Assembly: GCF_006345805.1 (NCBI RefSeq)
Contig: NW_021834784.1
Span: 7,026-71,025 of the forward strand
Origin: Octopus sinensis
Lineage: Eukaryota
Length of the DNA: 64,000 bases
Reading direction: 5' to 3'
Of this stretch, positions 25,761 to 41,999 are shown piece after piece (within the stretch, counting starts at the first letter, position 1; each line of letters begins with the position of its first letter). A program made the translations under genes and the position numbers. Under the pieces are notes generated by a model. That model was not told the origin of the DNA. It did no database searches and saw only the letters and a program-made list of their open reading frames with translations.

Positions 25761-25975
25761 GTTAAACTCAAAATTCGGATTTATCTATCAACTTGAGACG
25801 AAAGAGAATCGATGAATCGATCATACAATATCATATAATTTTCTGTTTTATATATCGATACGTCGATACGTAACTGAATTGTTCTTTGTGAAATGTGGAA
25901 TTTATAATCGTGATTCTCTATCATCGATTCTCTTTAGATTTGAGTTGATAGATTTAATCCGAATTTGAGCTAAAC
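25761..25975. mobile_element. Unclassified MITE-like inverted repeat with ~50-bp arms
   Basis: CTCAAAATTCGGATTTATCTATCAACT..AAAGAGAATCGATGA versus TCATCGATTCTCTTT..AGTTGATAGATTTAATCCGAATTTGAG. Confidence 0.65.
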
Positions 25976-26174
25976 CCAAATATTTACGTGACGGACATAA
26001 ACAGCTATAATAGAGCAATAGAGAGATATGAAAGACATATCACAATTAAATATACCAATACAAGATGTTTATTGAATAAGTAGGGACAATAATACACACA
26101 CACACACACCACACACACCACATATATATATATTATATATATATATATATATATCTATATATATATATATTATA

Positions 26175-26279
26175 ACAATTATTCGGTAGCCATGATAAAA
26201 CTCAGAGTTTCGGATGCCGAGGTGGGAATCCACGCCGCCATCTCTTCAGTTATCCGGCCAATGACTACCGAATAATTGT
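26175..26279 (-). ncRNA. Type I hammerhead-like motif with canonical CUGAAGA core and long stem I extension
   Basis: Minus strand: 19-bp helix, 6-nt bulge, GATAA CTGAAGA [13-bp stem II with 2 mismatches] C GAAA CTC T GAG T T TTATC. Homologous to 22844-22918. Confidence 0.7.
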
Positions 26280-26416
26280 CACATATTACATTTACAGATA
26301 AATTCCTCTACTTACATAATATCCTTTTCTTTTTTTTTTTTTTTGGTCTTAACAGTTTTATCTATATATATATATATATATATATATACCATGAGTTTAC
26401 TTTCAGATATATACTC

Positions 26417-26812
26417 AGGCGCTGGAGTGGCTGTGTGGTAAGTAGCTTGTTTACCAACCACATGGTTCCGGGTTCAGTCCCACTGTGTGGCACCTTGGGC
26501 AAGTGTCTTCTACTATAACCTCGGGCCGACCAAAGTCTTGTGAGTGTATTTGGTAGGCGGAAACTGAAAAGAAGCGCGTCGTATATATCGGATATATATA
26601 TATATGCGTGTGTGTGTTTGTCCCCCTAGCATTGCTTGACAACCGATGCTGGTGTGTTTATGTCCCCGTTACTTAGCGGTTCGGCAAAAGAGACCGATAG
26701 AATAAGTACTGGGCTTACAAAAAGAATAAGTCCCAGGGTCTAGTTGCTCGATTAAAGGCGGTGCTACAGCATGGCCGCAGTCAAATGAAGGAAACAAGTA
26801 AAAGAGTAAAGA
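26417..26812 (+). mobile_element. Full-length CORE-type SINE family B (OR2-like, inferred)
   Basis: TGGCTGTGTGG A-box, GGTTCAGTCCC B-box, CCTTGGGCAAGTGTCTT CORE, internal (TA)(TG) tract, and AAAGAGT-type tail. Confidence 0.9.
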
Positions 26813-27095
26813 GTATTAGGTTTATTTTTTTATACTATCTGAAATAGAATACCCGCATATCTATTAATCCCAAAATACTGAATTATTATTGACTTTTGTT
26901 AGGTACTTTGTATATTTTTAGATAAATGTATAAATATATGACAAAGACCCCAAGGTACGATATGCAGATGCATAGAATGCTGAAGGGTTGTACCTGATTG
27001 ATTTGGAAATTCGTTTTCCCAAATTATTTAAATTATATATATATTTATATACATATAGAAGTAAGTATATATGTGCATGTATGTATACATATATA

Positions 27096-27404
27096 TCTTA
27101 ATATATAAAACTGAAGTTGTGTGTGTGAGAGTCTGTCTCCTCCGATTTAGATTCCTAACTACTCCCACATTTTGCGGTGCAGTTTAACCAAAACCGGGTA
27201 TCTTATAGTCGTGATTCATATCGAGCCCTTCTGGGCATTAGCGCGCGTCTACGATGAGTCTACGATTATAAAAAAAATTACCATCATTCTTTTGCATTTT
27301 TAATGCATTTTTTGCTCGGTTTATATAAGGGAAGTAACTCTCTAAAAAATGCTTATATAGTTATTTCCCTTACAAACCCGAGCAACGCCGGGCGATACTG
27401 CCAG
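27096..27404 (+). mobile_element. Non-autonomous Helitron
   Basis: A|TCTTAATATATAAAA .. CCCGAGCAACGCCGGG hairpin .. CCAG|T. Homologous to 33969-34363. Confidence 0.8.
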
Positions 27405-27519
27405 TTTGTGTATATATGTGTATAAACATGTATACTTAATATATGTGTATGTATGTATCGCTCATTGAGACAAATAAAGGAGAACAGGCCCCTCTTAATA
27501 ACAATGATAATAATAAGTG

Positions 27520-27692
27520 GGCTAGTCGATTACTTTGACTTCAGTACGCAACTGGTACTTATTTTATCAAATCTGAAAGGATGAAAGGTGAACTCGACAT
27601 CTCAGCGGAATTTGAACTCAGAATGTTGCGACAGGTGAAATACCGCTAAGCATTTCGCCCGGCGTGCTAACGTTTCTGCCAGATCGCCGCCT
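27520..27692 (-). mobile_element. SINE family A
   Basis: Central domain and head recognisable. Confidence 0.85.
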
Positions 27693-28794
27693 TTATCGAG
27701 GTCGTCGTTGCTGCCAACTTCTAGTCATTACCATCAGCATCGTTGTCGCAGTTGCCATCGCCGACATAATCGTCATCATCATCATCATCATCATAATCAT
27801 CATCATCATCAACAACAGCAACAACAACAGTATTGATCACAGATTTACAGAACGGTTGGCCTCCTTGCACGCCGTCTTTTCATGTTTAAAGTAAAGGCAT
27901 ATCTGCTAGAATGGTGTTTTAATCCTAGCAAACTGTTTGCCTATATTTATAATACCAAATAGCTAACATCTGCTTAATTCCTGGCCAATATATCTATAAG
28001 GCATTGATTGGCCGAGTTTCTAGACCACTTAGTGACAGTCTGGTCAAATAGCGCCGCCAGAAAACAGGTTCTTATTAATGTTTACTATTGCAGTATGAGA
28101 AATCTATATTATTTCCAAGTCATCGAAGATATTTATCTAATTTACTCTCTCTCTCACTCTTACTCTTTCTCTCACTCTCTCTCACTCTCCCTCTTTTTTC
28201 CATTTCTCTCCCTGTCTCTCTTCTTAGACACGCGCGCGCACACACAACTACTTGTCAGCCGCACACAGACACAACAATCATGCATACATATATACACAGA
28301 GAAGCAGATACATGTATCCAAAATATGCATATGTATATATTATATATGTATATTTATATATATATATGTATTTATATATATATATATATAATATATTATA
28401 TATATATATATATATTATATATATATATATATAATATATATAATAAATATACATATATATATATATATACATATATATTTAAATATATAATACATATACA
28501 CACACAACACATATATATATATATAATATATATACACACACACACACACCACATATATATATATATATATAATATATATATATATATATACACACTCGAA
28601 TTAAGGGGATGTCGGAACATAAATATTTGTCTCCTTACTGGCTCTATATTTGCCAGACGCTAAAATTTTTTTTAAAGTCTGTAATTTCTTTCGTACCCCG
28701 TGTAAAAATAGAGCCTACATTTTTTGACATAAAAGATCAACATTTGATTTCGACAGATAATTAAACCATAACAGTTTACTTTGCATTTTTATAT

Positions 28795-29252
28795 ATACTT
28801 CACATCCGACAAAACAATATCAAATATAAACTGATTAATAATAAGAAGTACTCCTTTGGGTCCGAACGAAATGCGGCCAAATATGCTTGTTCAATGAAGT
28901 AAAAAGTGAAAAGATGTCAGGTGACATACACCAGAATAAATTTATGCTTAAAAATAGGTCCAGATTAGATTACAAATAAGGTGATTGACCGATGGCATAA
29001 CAGCAGCAGGTAAAGCAATGGAGGCATAAATATATCAATACTAACAAAGTAACATTAAAAAGTAATTAAGTATGAGACGAATTTCAATTCTGTATGATCA
29101 GATATACGTTTAGATTAATATCTATGTCGTTATAGACGAGGTAAGCTTTTTTTATACACAATATTCAAAGCGTTCACTATACATAACAAAAGCGTGTAGA
29201 TATATAATATATATATATATCTACACGCTTAATAATATATAATTATTCATTC

Positions 29253-29283
<31 letters not shown>

Positions 29284-29502
29284 GAATGAATAATTATATC
29301 TATCACCACACATATACATGCATATGATTATATATATATATATCTAATCTATCTTTCTATCTATCTATTTATTTATTTATCTATCCATTTATCTATAGAT
29401 ATGTTTCTTTATTAGCCACACAGGGCAGCACACAGAGGGGGCAAATTACAATGTAGAGCTTTTCTTTTGGGGGTAAAAAAGGGGGGTTGGTTTTCGATCA
29501 CT

Positions 29503-29593
<91 letters not shown>

Positions 29594-29810
29594 TACATAC
29601 ATACATGCAGATATATGTATGTACATATATATATATATGTGTGTGTGATGTGGGTGTTTGTGTGTATTGTATGAGTGAATGTGTGTTGTGGAATGAAGCT
29701 TATAATAAAAATAGTGAGCAAACTGAATAGAGATGAGTTACGGTGAAGTCAACTATTAGCAACCAGATGAACGATGTTCCTTCTCTAAGAATGAGTAAAG
29801 GACCCACTTC
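28795..29810 (+). repeat. Old local duplication, copy 2
   Basis: Colinear with 32575-33755 (ACATCMGACAAAACAATATC..CAAAAGCGTGTAGATATA..GAAGCTTATAATAAAAA..GAATGAGTAA). Confidence 0.8.
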
Positions 29811-30349
29811 CATTTTGATTGTCGACAGATTTTATTGAGTATAAAAGTTCCATCAATAAAATTAAACCGTAACAAATTAATTCACATGTTGATACTCACT
29901 TCACATGAACGTAAGACTTTGCGCTACCCAAACTCATTATAAAACAATGATAGTAATTACTGCTTCATGAGTAAGACAAAAGACATTATTTTATCGGTTA
30001 CTTCATAACCAAGACCATATTCATTTACCTGAGCAACTCACAAGAATTACTATCGTTCTCAATGGTTGGTACTTACCTGGACGCAACACAACCTCAGTCT
30101 ACAATTCGTAAATGTAAACATGACTATGTAACTAGTGTTGATATAAAAGCAACGAAAAACAATAAGAGTCAACGCAATGAGGTCTCAGTTACACGTATTG
30201 CTGTTAATCATTTCTACCAGTTACAGTGATGCGGCGATTAAATCAGCCAGATCGAAGTCAGATTGCACACTCACTTGATAGGACAACGGATATATGTTTC
30301 TGTATAGTACTTGAAAACAACAGTCTTTTAGTTATCGTTTTGAAATTCT

Positions 30350-30622
30350 TCTCTTTTACTCTTTTACTCTTTTACTTGTTTCAGTCATTTGACAGTGGAC
30401 ATGCTGGAGCACCGTCTTTAGTCGAGCACATCGACCCCCTAGGACTTACTCTTTGTAAGCCTAGTACTTACTCTTTGTAAGCCTAGTACTTATTCTATCG
30501 GTCTCTTTTGCCGAACCGCTAAGTTAAGGGCACGTAAACACACCAGCATCGGTTGTCAAGCGATGCTGGGGAGACCAAACACAGACACACACAAATACAA
30601 CATACATATATATAATATACAT

Positions 30623-30718
<96 letters not shown>

Positions 30719-30875
30719 GACGGGCTTCTTTCAGTTTCCGTCTACCAAATCCACTCACAAGGCTTTGCTCGGCCCGAGGCTATAGTAGAAGACACTTGCC
30801 CAAGTTGCCACATAGTGGGACTGAACCCGGAACCATGTAGTTCGTAAACAAGCTACTTACCATACAGCCACTCTT
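30350..30875 (-). mobile_element. Full-length SINE family B with expanded internal (TA)n
   Basis: All modules present. ~130-bp TA tract at 30590-30718 and a short internal duplication (CTTTGTAAGCCTAGTACTTA x2). Confidence 0.9.
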
Positions 30876-31643
30876 CGTGAAAAAGCATGACAGAACTAAT
30901 ACCTCTGTCAGCGTACAAACTGAAAGTCATTATAAATGTCGAGATGACATCATCTTCTTCTTCATCTATCATGTCTCCATCCCAAGGGCTGAACATTTAT
31001 GGGGTTTTTTTTTCTTGGAAAAGATACTACAGTGGTTACTCGTAACATTTTACAATTTTATTTACAGTTTATTCTCTTAGAATCTGGCTGTCCCGAGCTT
31101 TGAGGTACAGGACCTGTTCCCCTTGAGACAGGGAAACTGGTTCATGTCACATCAAGGTACATCTACATATCATTTTGCCTTGTAACACTTGTCTATGAAC
31201 CCGCACTTTCAGTCCCATGTGCCCGAATTACGGGACTACCTTCTACTATTTAACCCATAACTTCGGCTTTTGATAGGCATTACCAAACCGGGCCAGAGAG
31301 GACGTGGAAGCGGCAATGACTAAGAAGTAATCCATCTTTTTTTTAAACCTTAGAATTCAGAGTTAGGTCTTCAAAACTGGGTGTAGTCTTGCCTGGAACA
31401 CGGAGAAATTATAGACCCGTGTAACATTAAGAGAAATTGGTTATTCGAGGACACCTGTGAAATAACGAGGAAGGATATCGAATAAAATTCGAGTAATTAC
31501 AAACGGAAAGTCTGCTGACAGAAGAGGGCCTTTTAAATGACCAAAAGGACAGACAAGCAATCTCCCAAAAATGGATGAACATATATTCGAAGCACATTTA
31601 GAAAAAAACGAATAAAGTCTACAAGTAATTCAACCTCAATATT

Positions 31644-32090
31644 TATTTCTTTATTGCCCACAGGGGGTTAAACAATATTTATTTCTTTATTGCCCACAGG
31701 GGGTTAAACATAGAGGAGACAAACAAGGACAAACGGATTAAGTCGATTACATCGACCCAGTACGTAACTGGTACTTATTTAATCGACCCCTAAAGGATGA
31801 AAGGCAAAGTCAACCTCGGCGGAATTTGAACTCAGAACGCAACGGCAGACGAAATACTTATTTCTTTATTGCCCACAAGGGGCTAAACACAGAGGGGACA
31901 AACAAGAACAGACAAACGGATTAAGTTGATTATATCGACCCCAGTGCGTTACTGGTACTTATCCAATTGACCTCGAAAGGATGAAAGGCAAAGTCGACCT
32001 CGACGGAATTTAAATTCAGAACGTAACGGCAGACGAAATACCGCTAAGCATTTTGCCAGGCGTGCTTACGATTCTACCAATTCGCTGCCC
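31644..32090 (-). mobile_element. Dimeric SINE family A with a duplicated tail
   Basis: Junction GAAATACT|TATTTCTTT matches the 14606 dimer. Flanks CCTCAATATT and CCTCAACATT. Confidence 0.85.
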
Positions 32091-32384
32091 TCAACATTAC
32101 CATTCAAACATATCTACGATAGTAAATTTGCCACATCTAAACTTTAAATCCAATCTCAAGGAAACAACGTCCAAATATAAATTGTTGCGTATAAACACCA
32201 GTCGTAGGATACGCCTCTAGTAACAAGAAACAAAAACCAGAGAATCTTTATCAGTCGACTAACAACATTATATACATTCTAGTCGTCTGAATAATGCAAT
32301 CAACAGTATATATAAAATATTGGTTTCAAATTTTGGCACCAAACCAACAATTTACCAACAATACTACAGAATAGTATTTATAAC

Positions 32385-33755
<1,371 letters not shown>

Positions 33756-33968
33756 AAACAATATATAAGTGGTCGGTGTCAATGATCAACTCAAAGAGTC
33801 ATAAGGACATTTTTTTTTTTTTTTCTTTTTCGTCGTTAAAAATGTGCATAATATTTGGGAATGGAAAGACAAATGTGGAAAATGTGTGTGCTTTGGTGCG
33901 CTGAAACACAGCAAACAAATTCAAGGACTACGTGCAAGTGCAGGGTTTGATATCAAAAGGACGCCTCA

Positions 33969-34363
33969 TCTTTATATATAAAAGTGAGGTTGTGTGGTGT
34001 CTGTCTCCTACGATTTAGATTCCTAACTACTCCCACATTTTGCGGTGCAGTGTAACCAAAAGCGGGTATCTTATAGTCGTGATTCATATCGAGCCCTTCT
34101 GGGTATTAGCGCGCGTCTACGATGAGTCTACGATTTAAAAAAAAATTACCATCAATTTTTTCATTTTTAATGCATTTTTGGCATATATAAGGGAAGTAAC
34201 TCTCTAAAAATTTATTATTAAATCTCAGAACATAAAAAGCTACAGTAACACACACCCCTTTGTGGTTAGCCATATTGAGATGGCTATTATACTTTACATC
34301 TCTAAAAATGTTTATATAGTTATTTCCCTTACAAACCCGAGCAACGCCGGGCGATACTGCTAG
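33969..34363 (+). mobile_element. Non-autonomous Helitron with intact ends
   Basis: A|TC..CTAG|T ends, no TSD, and a GC-rich hairpin CCCGAGCAACGCCGGG just upstream of the end. Confidence 0.88.
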
Positions 34364-34709
34364 TATATAATAAGAATATTTATCGGCCTGTTCCCTTAAG
34401 AATTTGTTTATCATTAGCAGTTATTCGCGCTAAAGAATTCGTAAATCAGTTTTTTTTTTATTTTACATAATTTTCTTTTGGTTTAGTTTCAGTCAATCGT
34501 TCTTTTTCGTTTCTATATATGAAAAAAAAAATAATAATAATAATTCGTTTCCTAACTTTCTTCGAGATTTTTGCTAACGTCTCAGAACGTTCTGAGAAAA
34601 TTCTATTTCTTTTCACAGCAGAAAAGCAAGAGCGCATGCGGAATATAAGGCCTGGTGCAATTTTAAGCCTTCACATATGACACACTGATGATATATCTAT
34701 CTATCTATC

Positions 34710-34772
<63 letters not shown>

Positions 34773-35104
34773 ATAAGAGAGAGAGACATAGATAGATACA
34801 TAGATACATACATACATACATATATGCATACATACATACATACATAGATATATACATGCATACATACATGCATGCATGCATGCATACATACATACATACA
34901 TACATACATATGCATACATACATACATACAAACATACATAGATCATATGCTTGTATATGTGTCGTGATAGATATAATTATTCTTATATATTAAACATAGA
35001 TATACCTCTGGATAAACATGCATATAACTACTTACTGATACATATATGTATAAATACATATATATTTATTTATATATATATATAAGCATATATATACACA
35101 TATA

Positions 35105-35254
35105 TATATACATACATACAAACATACATACATACACACCACAGCATGCATACATACATACATACATACATACATACATACATACATACATACATTCATA
35201 CATACATACATACATACATACATACATACATACATACATGCATGCATACATACA

Positions 35255-35288
<34 letters not shown>

Positions 35289-35480
35289 CATACATGCATA
35301 CATAGATATATACATACACACCACAGCATGCATACATACATACATACATACATACATACATGCATACATACATACATACATTCATACATACATACATACA
35401 TACATACATACATACATACATACATGCATACATACATACATACATACATACATACATACATACATACATACATACATGCA

Positions 35481-35511
<31 letters not shown>

Positions 35512-36024
35512 CATGCATACATACATACATACATACATACATACATAATACATACATACATACATACATACATACATGCATACATACATACCATACATTC
35601 ATACATACATACATACATACATAATACATACATGCATACATACATAAATACATACATACATACATGCATACAACATACATACATTCATACATACATACAT
35701 ACATACATAACATACAACATACATACATACATACATACATACATAACCCCATACAACAGCACACACCATACATACATACGCATGCATGCATACATACATA
35801 CATACATACATACATACATACATACATACATACATACATACATACATACATGCATACATACATACATACATACATACTACATACATACATACATGCATAA
35901 CATACATACATACATAACATACATGATGCATGCATACATACATACATACATACATACATACTACATACATACTACATACATGCATACATACATACATACA
36001 TACATCATACATACATACATACAC

Positions 36025-36058
<34 letters not shown>

Positions 36059-36392
36059 CATACATACATACATACATACATTCATACATACATACATACA
36101 TACATACATACATGCATACATTACATACATACATGCATACATACATACATACATTACATACATAATACATACATACATACATACAGACATAATACATACA
36201 TACATGACATACATCATACATACATACATACATAATACATACATACATACATGTATACATACATACATACATACATTCATACATACATACATACATACAT
36301 ACATACATCATACATACATACATTCATACATACATACATACATACATACATACATACATACATAAATACACATTCATACATACATACATACA

Positions 36393-36423
<31 letters not shown>

Positions 36424-36580
36424 CATGTATACATACATACATACATTACATTATACATACATACATACATACATACATACATACATACATACATACATAC
36501 ATACATACATACATGTATACATACATACATACATACATTCATACATACATACATACATACATACATAAATACATACATAG
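35105..36580. repeat. ~1.5-kb (TACA)n tetranucleotide array
   Basis: Read directly. It accounts for all the YIHT/MYVC ORFs here. Confidence 0.97.
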
Positions 36581-36994
36581 AGTAATTTTATTTGCGGTGT
36601 TTCTTTATTTCTTTTAAGATATAAGTATTGTATTATTTTGAGTATGGGTGCATTCACACATAAATAGATGATACCGTGAAACATGCGCAGAACTTCTAAT
36701 CTCTGTGAAATCTCTAAAACCATGCAGCTAAGTCATAGAACTGCTAATCTTGGAACAGACAATGCCAACCAAACTTAACATTCAGACCAATATCATATCT
36801 GTCAAACTGCTCGAAAATCAACCAATTCGAAACTTTGAAGATAAGGACATGTGTGTACTTTTGGGAATTCTATCTATATTTATGAGTATGTGTGTGTGTG
36901 TTGGTGTGTGTGTGGTGGTGTGTATATACATATATAAAATATATATATATATATATATATAGATATATATAAATATTATTATATATATAATATT

Positions 36995-37058
<64 letters not shown>

Positions 37059-37570
37059 ATATATAATATTTTATTTATATGTATATATGATTATATATTT
37101 AAGAGGAGAGATAGGATAAATATTCTTGTGGCGGAATGTTAAATTCTTTTTAGCAGTGATGCAATATTTTCGAAAATATTTCATTCATATCATAATATAA
37201 TATGCATGATATATATACGTATATATAGATATAATATACGTTATAATTCATGCATATTATATTCTATTATATATATATAATATATATACATATATATACA
37301 TATATATATTATATATATATTATAATGTTGTGTGTGTGTGTATATTATATATATATATATAATATATAATATGTACATACACAACATACATACATACATA
37401 CATACATACATACATACATAATACGAAAGACAGACAGAAAGGCAGGCAGGCAGAGGCATGTAATCATATGATATGCACATGCAAATATTTGCATACATGC
37501 ATATATGTTTATACATACATATATGCACATCGACATGCATACACGCATAGGTTATGCAGACACAGCCGTG

Positions 37571-37651
<81 letters not shown>

Positions 37652-38116
37652 TTGTGTATTCATATATGGATACACCACATGTATATGTAAATATATTGTT
37701 GACGTCATAAGAATTGTATAACCTTTCGAGAGTATGTGAAATGTTTTTTTCTTAATCTTGGGACTCACATAATGCTATAAATCTATCCAAAAGGGTTCTT
37801 TAGCCCAACATCTATACACCTCAAAGCCTTGGTATTCCAAAAAGAGTCATTTCACGTTCTCTCGAAAGATTATAAAACTCTTATGAGTCAACAAAATAGA
37901 ATTCTTGCTGAGAAGAATAAAATTTCTAAAACGGTTAGAGGAATTCGAAAGATTTCTTTGGTACAATGGTAAGATCCCTGTCAAGTCTACAGGTGACGTA
38001 GGTTCGTGTCCCACAGACAACCGTCAATATTCTCTATCCAAATGGGTTTTTCAACCACGTATTTATGTGGCATTATTTACAGTCTTATTTGATACTCTAG
38101 ATTCCAAAAGAGAATC

Positions 38117-38212
<96 letters not shown>

Positions 38213-38769
38213 CAGAAGAGAGAGCGAATTTACATGTGTATGTTCTTTGATACAAATTTACATTCACTAATTTGAATCAGCTGAAGATCCAATATCCCCA
38301 AACTCGGAGAAATTCTTCGGTTCTTTCTTCTTTAATCTCTGATTCCAAGATAAAAGACCACTGTCTAAATCTACTTAAATTTGACCAGATAAAAATGTAT
38401 ATATTTCTGCTTATTCTATGTCTCTTAAATCACATTAGCTCACTTAGACCATGGTTTAAGATAACGTAAAACCACGTGACGTTGCTGTTGCTGTTGTTGT
38501 TTAACCCTTGGTCAGCATTCATATTTAGAAAATAAATGCAAGAAATTAATGGCAGTCCAGCTATGATCGTTCAGCATTCAAATATTCTTCCTTATATGTC
38601 GTTAAGCAAATGTTAACAGGAGTCGTGCGTGTTCTTTAGTAATTGCAAACCTGTATCCTTAAACATGTAAATGACCCCCCACTTTCATTCATTCACTAAT
38701 CTACACTTTTATGCTAGAAACGCATGCAAACACACACACACACACACCGATGCATATATACATACATGC

Positions 38770-38885
<116 letters not shown>

Positions 38886-38887
38886 AC

Positions 38888-38925
<38 letters not shown>

Positions 38926-38944
38926 ATAGATGTAGATAAATAGG

Positions 38945-39110
38945 TAAAAATAAGTAATAAATGGAAATTTTACTGGTGAGTGTGTTTCATTATAAGACAC
39001 AAAAAGAAAATGACTCTCCCCAGAAACAACAGAATATGCTTCAACACGCGAACTCATACAAAGAATCTTGCAAACCAAATCCCAAAACGAAATACCAAAA
39101 AAGAGGTATT
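38945..39110 (+). repeat. Unclassified dispersed repeat E
   Basis: GGAAATTTTACYGGTGAGTGTG..AAAGAAAATGACTCTCCCCAG..GAATCTTGCAAACCAAAT. Copies at 50630-51240 and 60045-60195. Confidence 0.75.
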
Positions 39111-40768
39111 GTTTTATATATATATACACATATATACATAAGAAATCCACATTTGCCTCAGTTCATACACAATGACATAAACACACGACACACAATGCAC
39201 CAATTTGCACTCGGTAATGAATACAATGTTGCATTATGCAACGCGTCCATCCATTTTAAAATCGTACACTCAACTTTAAGGTAGTCTTTTCGGCTATTCC
39301 TTGCAGATCGTTTGACTGCATAAAATATTCTTCTTTGCCTCTGTATGTGGTACTCAAAATATAAGAGGCATCAGCAGTGAACTTTGAAAGATAATCAGTT
39401 TAGAAATGAAATAACTGTATTTAGGAGCCATCGTATATAAAAGTGAAACTTGAATGACACTGTAGATGCAATAGTTGTTCAATCTTAGAAGAGTTTTCTG
39501 TAATAACCAGTGCAACCATTACACACTCCTACGACACAACGGTCCCAGTCTAGTTTTTTGATGAGAAGCAAACTGTTTTATGTACAATAAACATCAGGCA
39601 CTACAACAAATAGTTTCACACGTGAAAGTCTCAATGTAAATGTCTTTAATTTCAATTGTGTAGCAAACAATATAGCATAATCTGGTATGAGTTTTTATTA
39701 CGAGAAATTTCAAGCATATTTTGTATCATAAAACAACATCAAAATAGAGGCCTGTTTCTGTTTATATGATACGATAATGAATATTTTGAATTAGGACTGA
39801 CATTTAAATAACATCATTTCAAAAGAGATGACTGATATTCCGAAATGTTTTAGAGGCACCGTTTTGAATTACGCGATGCTTCAAGAGCTATTATGCTTCC
39901 AATTCTTAAGAAATTTTAGTCTAACTGAAAATGTATACTGATGACCAGTTCTTCAATTATGAATTTTAAAGTATGGGTTGGTCTACTCAACTCATATTAA
40001 AAAACTGAACTTAGTACGAAGGCCATGACTTCAGCGAAAACTCGTATTTTCTCAGGTTATGTTGCGTAGTAGTATAGTCTATTACACTGACTGATAATTG
40101 AGTTGTATTTTAAGTTGGATGTAAGACAAAGTAGACCCATTAGGATTTAAACTCAGAACTTAAAGCGACGAAGCTAAGTGCTGTAGAGCACTTTGTGTCT
40201 GTTCCTGTGCCAATCTACTGCCCGTTTGTATATTGTTATAATATATATTGCAATGCAATGTTGAATGATATTGTTTTGCATCCATAGATAATTCTGATAT
40301 TGAGACAGATAATATACAAGTTATTCTACCTGTTGATGATCATATATCACTAAACGCCACAAAGAATAGAAGATTTAATTATTGAGTAATATCTGAGAAA
40401 ATTTCCATAGTAATATCGTCGAACATGCAAACATAATTTCACACACTGTAATCACACACAAAATCGGATTCATACAAACATACACAGCAGTAAACATATA
40501 CAAAACTAATCACGTGCATATTATATAACATATATAATATGTCGTGAGATGCTAGCAATTACAAAAAAAAAAAATAAGGTAATAATACAAACATTATGGT
40601 TGGGAAGTTCCTAGTAAGAAGATAAGCTAGTGTTCCCGATGGAAATACGAAGTCATACGTCATATGTATATTTATGTGTATTATATGTATAGAAAACAAG
40701 AAAGAAAGAAAAAAAGGAAGACAGACAGACAAACAAACAGACAGGCAGACAGGCAGGCAGACAGACAG

Positions 40769-40923
<155 letters not shown>

Positions 40924-40956
40924 TGAGCATCTACATCTTCATCTCATACGCATGAG

Positions 40957-40987
<31 letters not shown>

Positions 40988-41574
40988 TATCCACTGATGC
41001 ACTCTCATAAACTAATGTATACACACGAACGCATACACGCGCGCTCATACACGTGTACAGCAAAGATAGACACTAACCACTAAATGGTTGTTCAAACCAC
41101 AAGTAATAGCAACAAATTCTCTCTTAAATTGCACATCAAACTGTTTAAAAATGTAAGTACACGTCTGTCAATATAGTTCGTGATATGCTAAAAGACAAAG
41201 CCGTTACAGTTGGAATGGCTTGCATAATAGAACTGGTTTATCCGGTCTGAGCTTGGACCAAACAATTGCTATGGTATAATGAACGTATGTTATAAAATTT
41301 GTTAATTTATTAAACGTCTGGATTTCCTTCATGCTCGCATGAACGGGAGAAGGAACTTAAACAAAGAAAAGAATGTGTAAGACTGAAACTAAAATGCATG
41401 CGAAGACAATGATATTGGGAAAGTCTCTATTATAAAAGAAAGTAGCATGAAATAGAATGTTAATATGCTATGCGTAAACAAACAAGCAAAAAAAGGGAAG
41501 GTTTGAAGATGAAGTACAGATAAGCAAATTGGCAGTGTGAAGGAAAATGATGGAAACGGGTGAATGATATATTC

Positions 41575-41931
41575 TTTTATTCTTTTATTCTTTTATTTGT
41601 TTTAGTCATGTGACTGCGGCCATGCTGGAGCACCGCCTTTAGTGTTGAGCAAATCGACCCCAGAACTTATTATTTTGCAAGCCGAGTACTTATACCAGTA
41701 TCGGTATGTCAGCTTGAAGTTTTTTTTGAGAAGGGAAGCTGGTCGATTACGTCGACCCCAGTGTTCAACCCCTCTGCGGGATGAAAGGTAAAGTCGACCT
41801 CGGCAGAATTCGAACTCAGAATGTGAAACCGGATGAAATGCTACTAAGCATTTTGTCCGGCATGCTTACGATCTTACCAGCTCACCACCTTAATAATAAT
41901 AATGATAATAATAATAATAATAATAATAATG

Positions 41932-41999
<68 letters not shown>

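Noticed and set aside
35032-36723. Long ORFs up to 339 aa (YIHT/MYVC repeats), and all similar YI/CV/LSIY/HT ORFs
   Set aside because: They are translations of stop-free microsatellites with no protein-like content.
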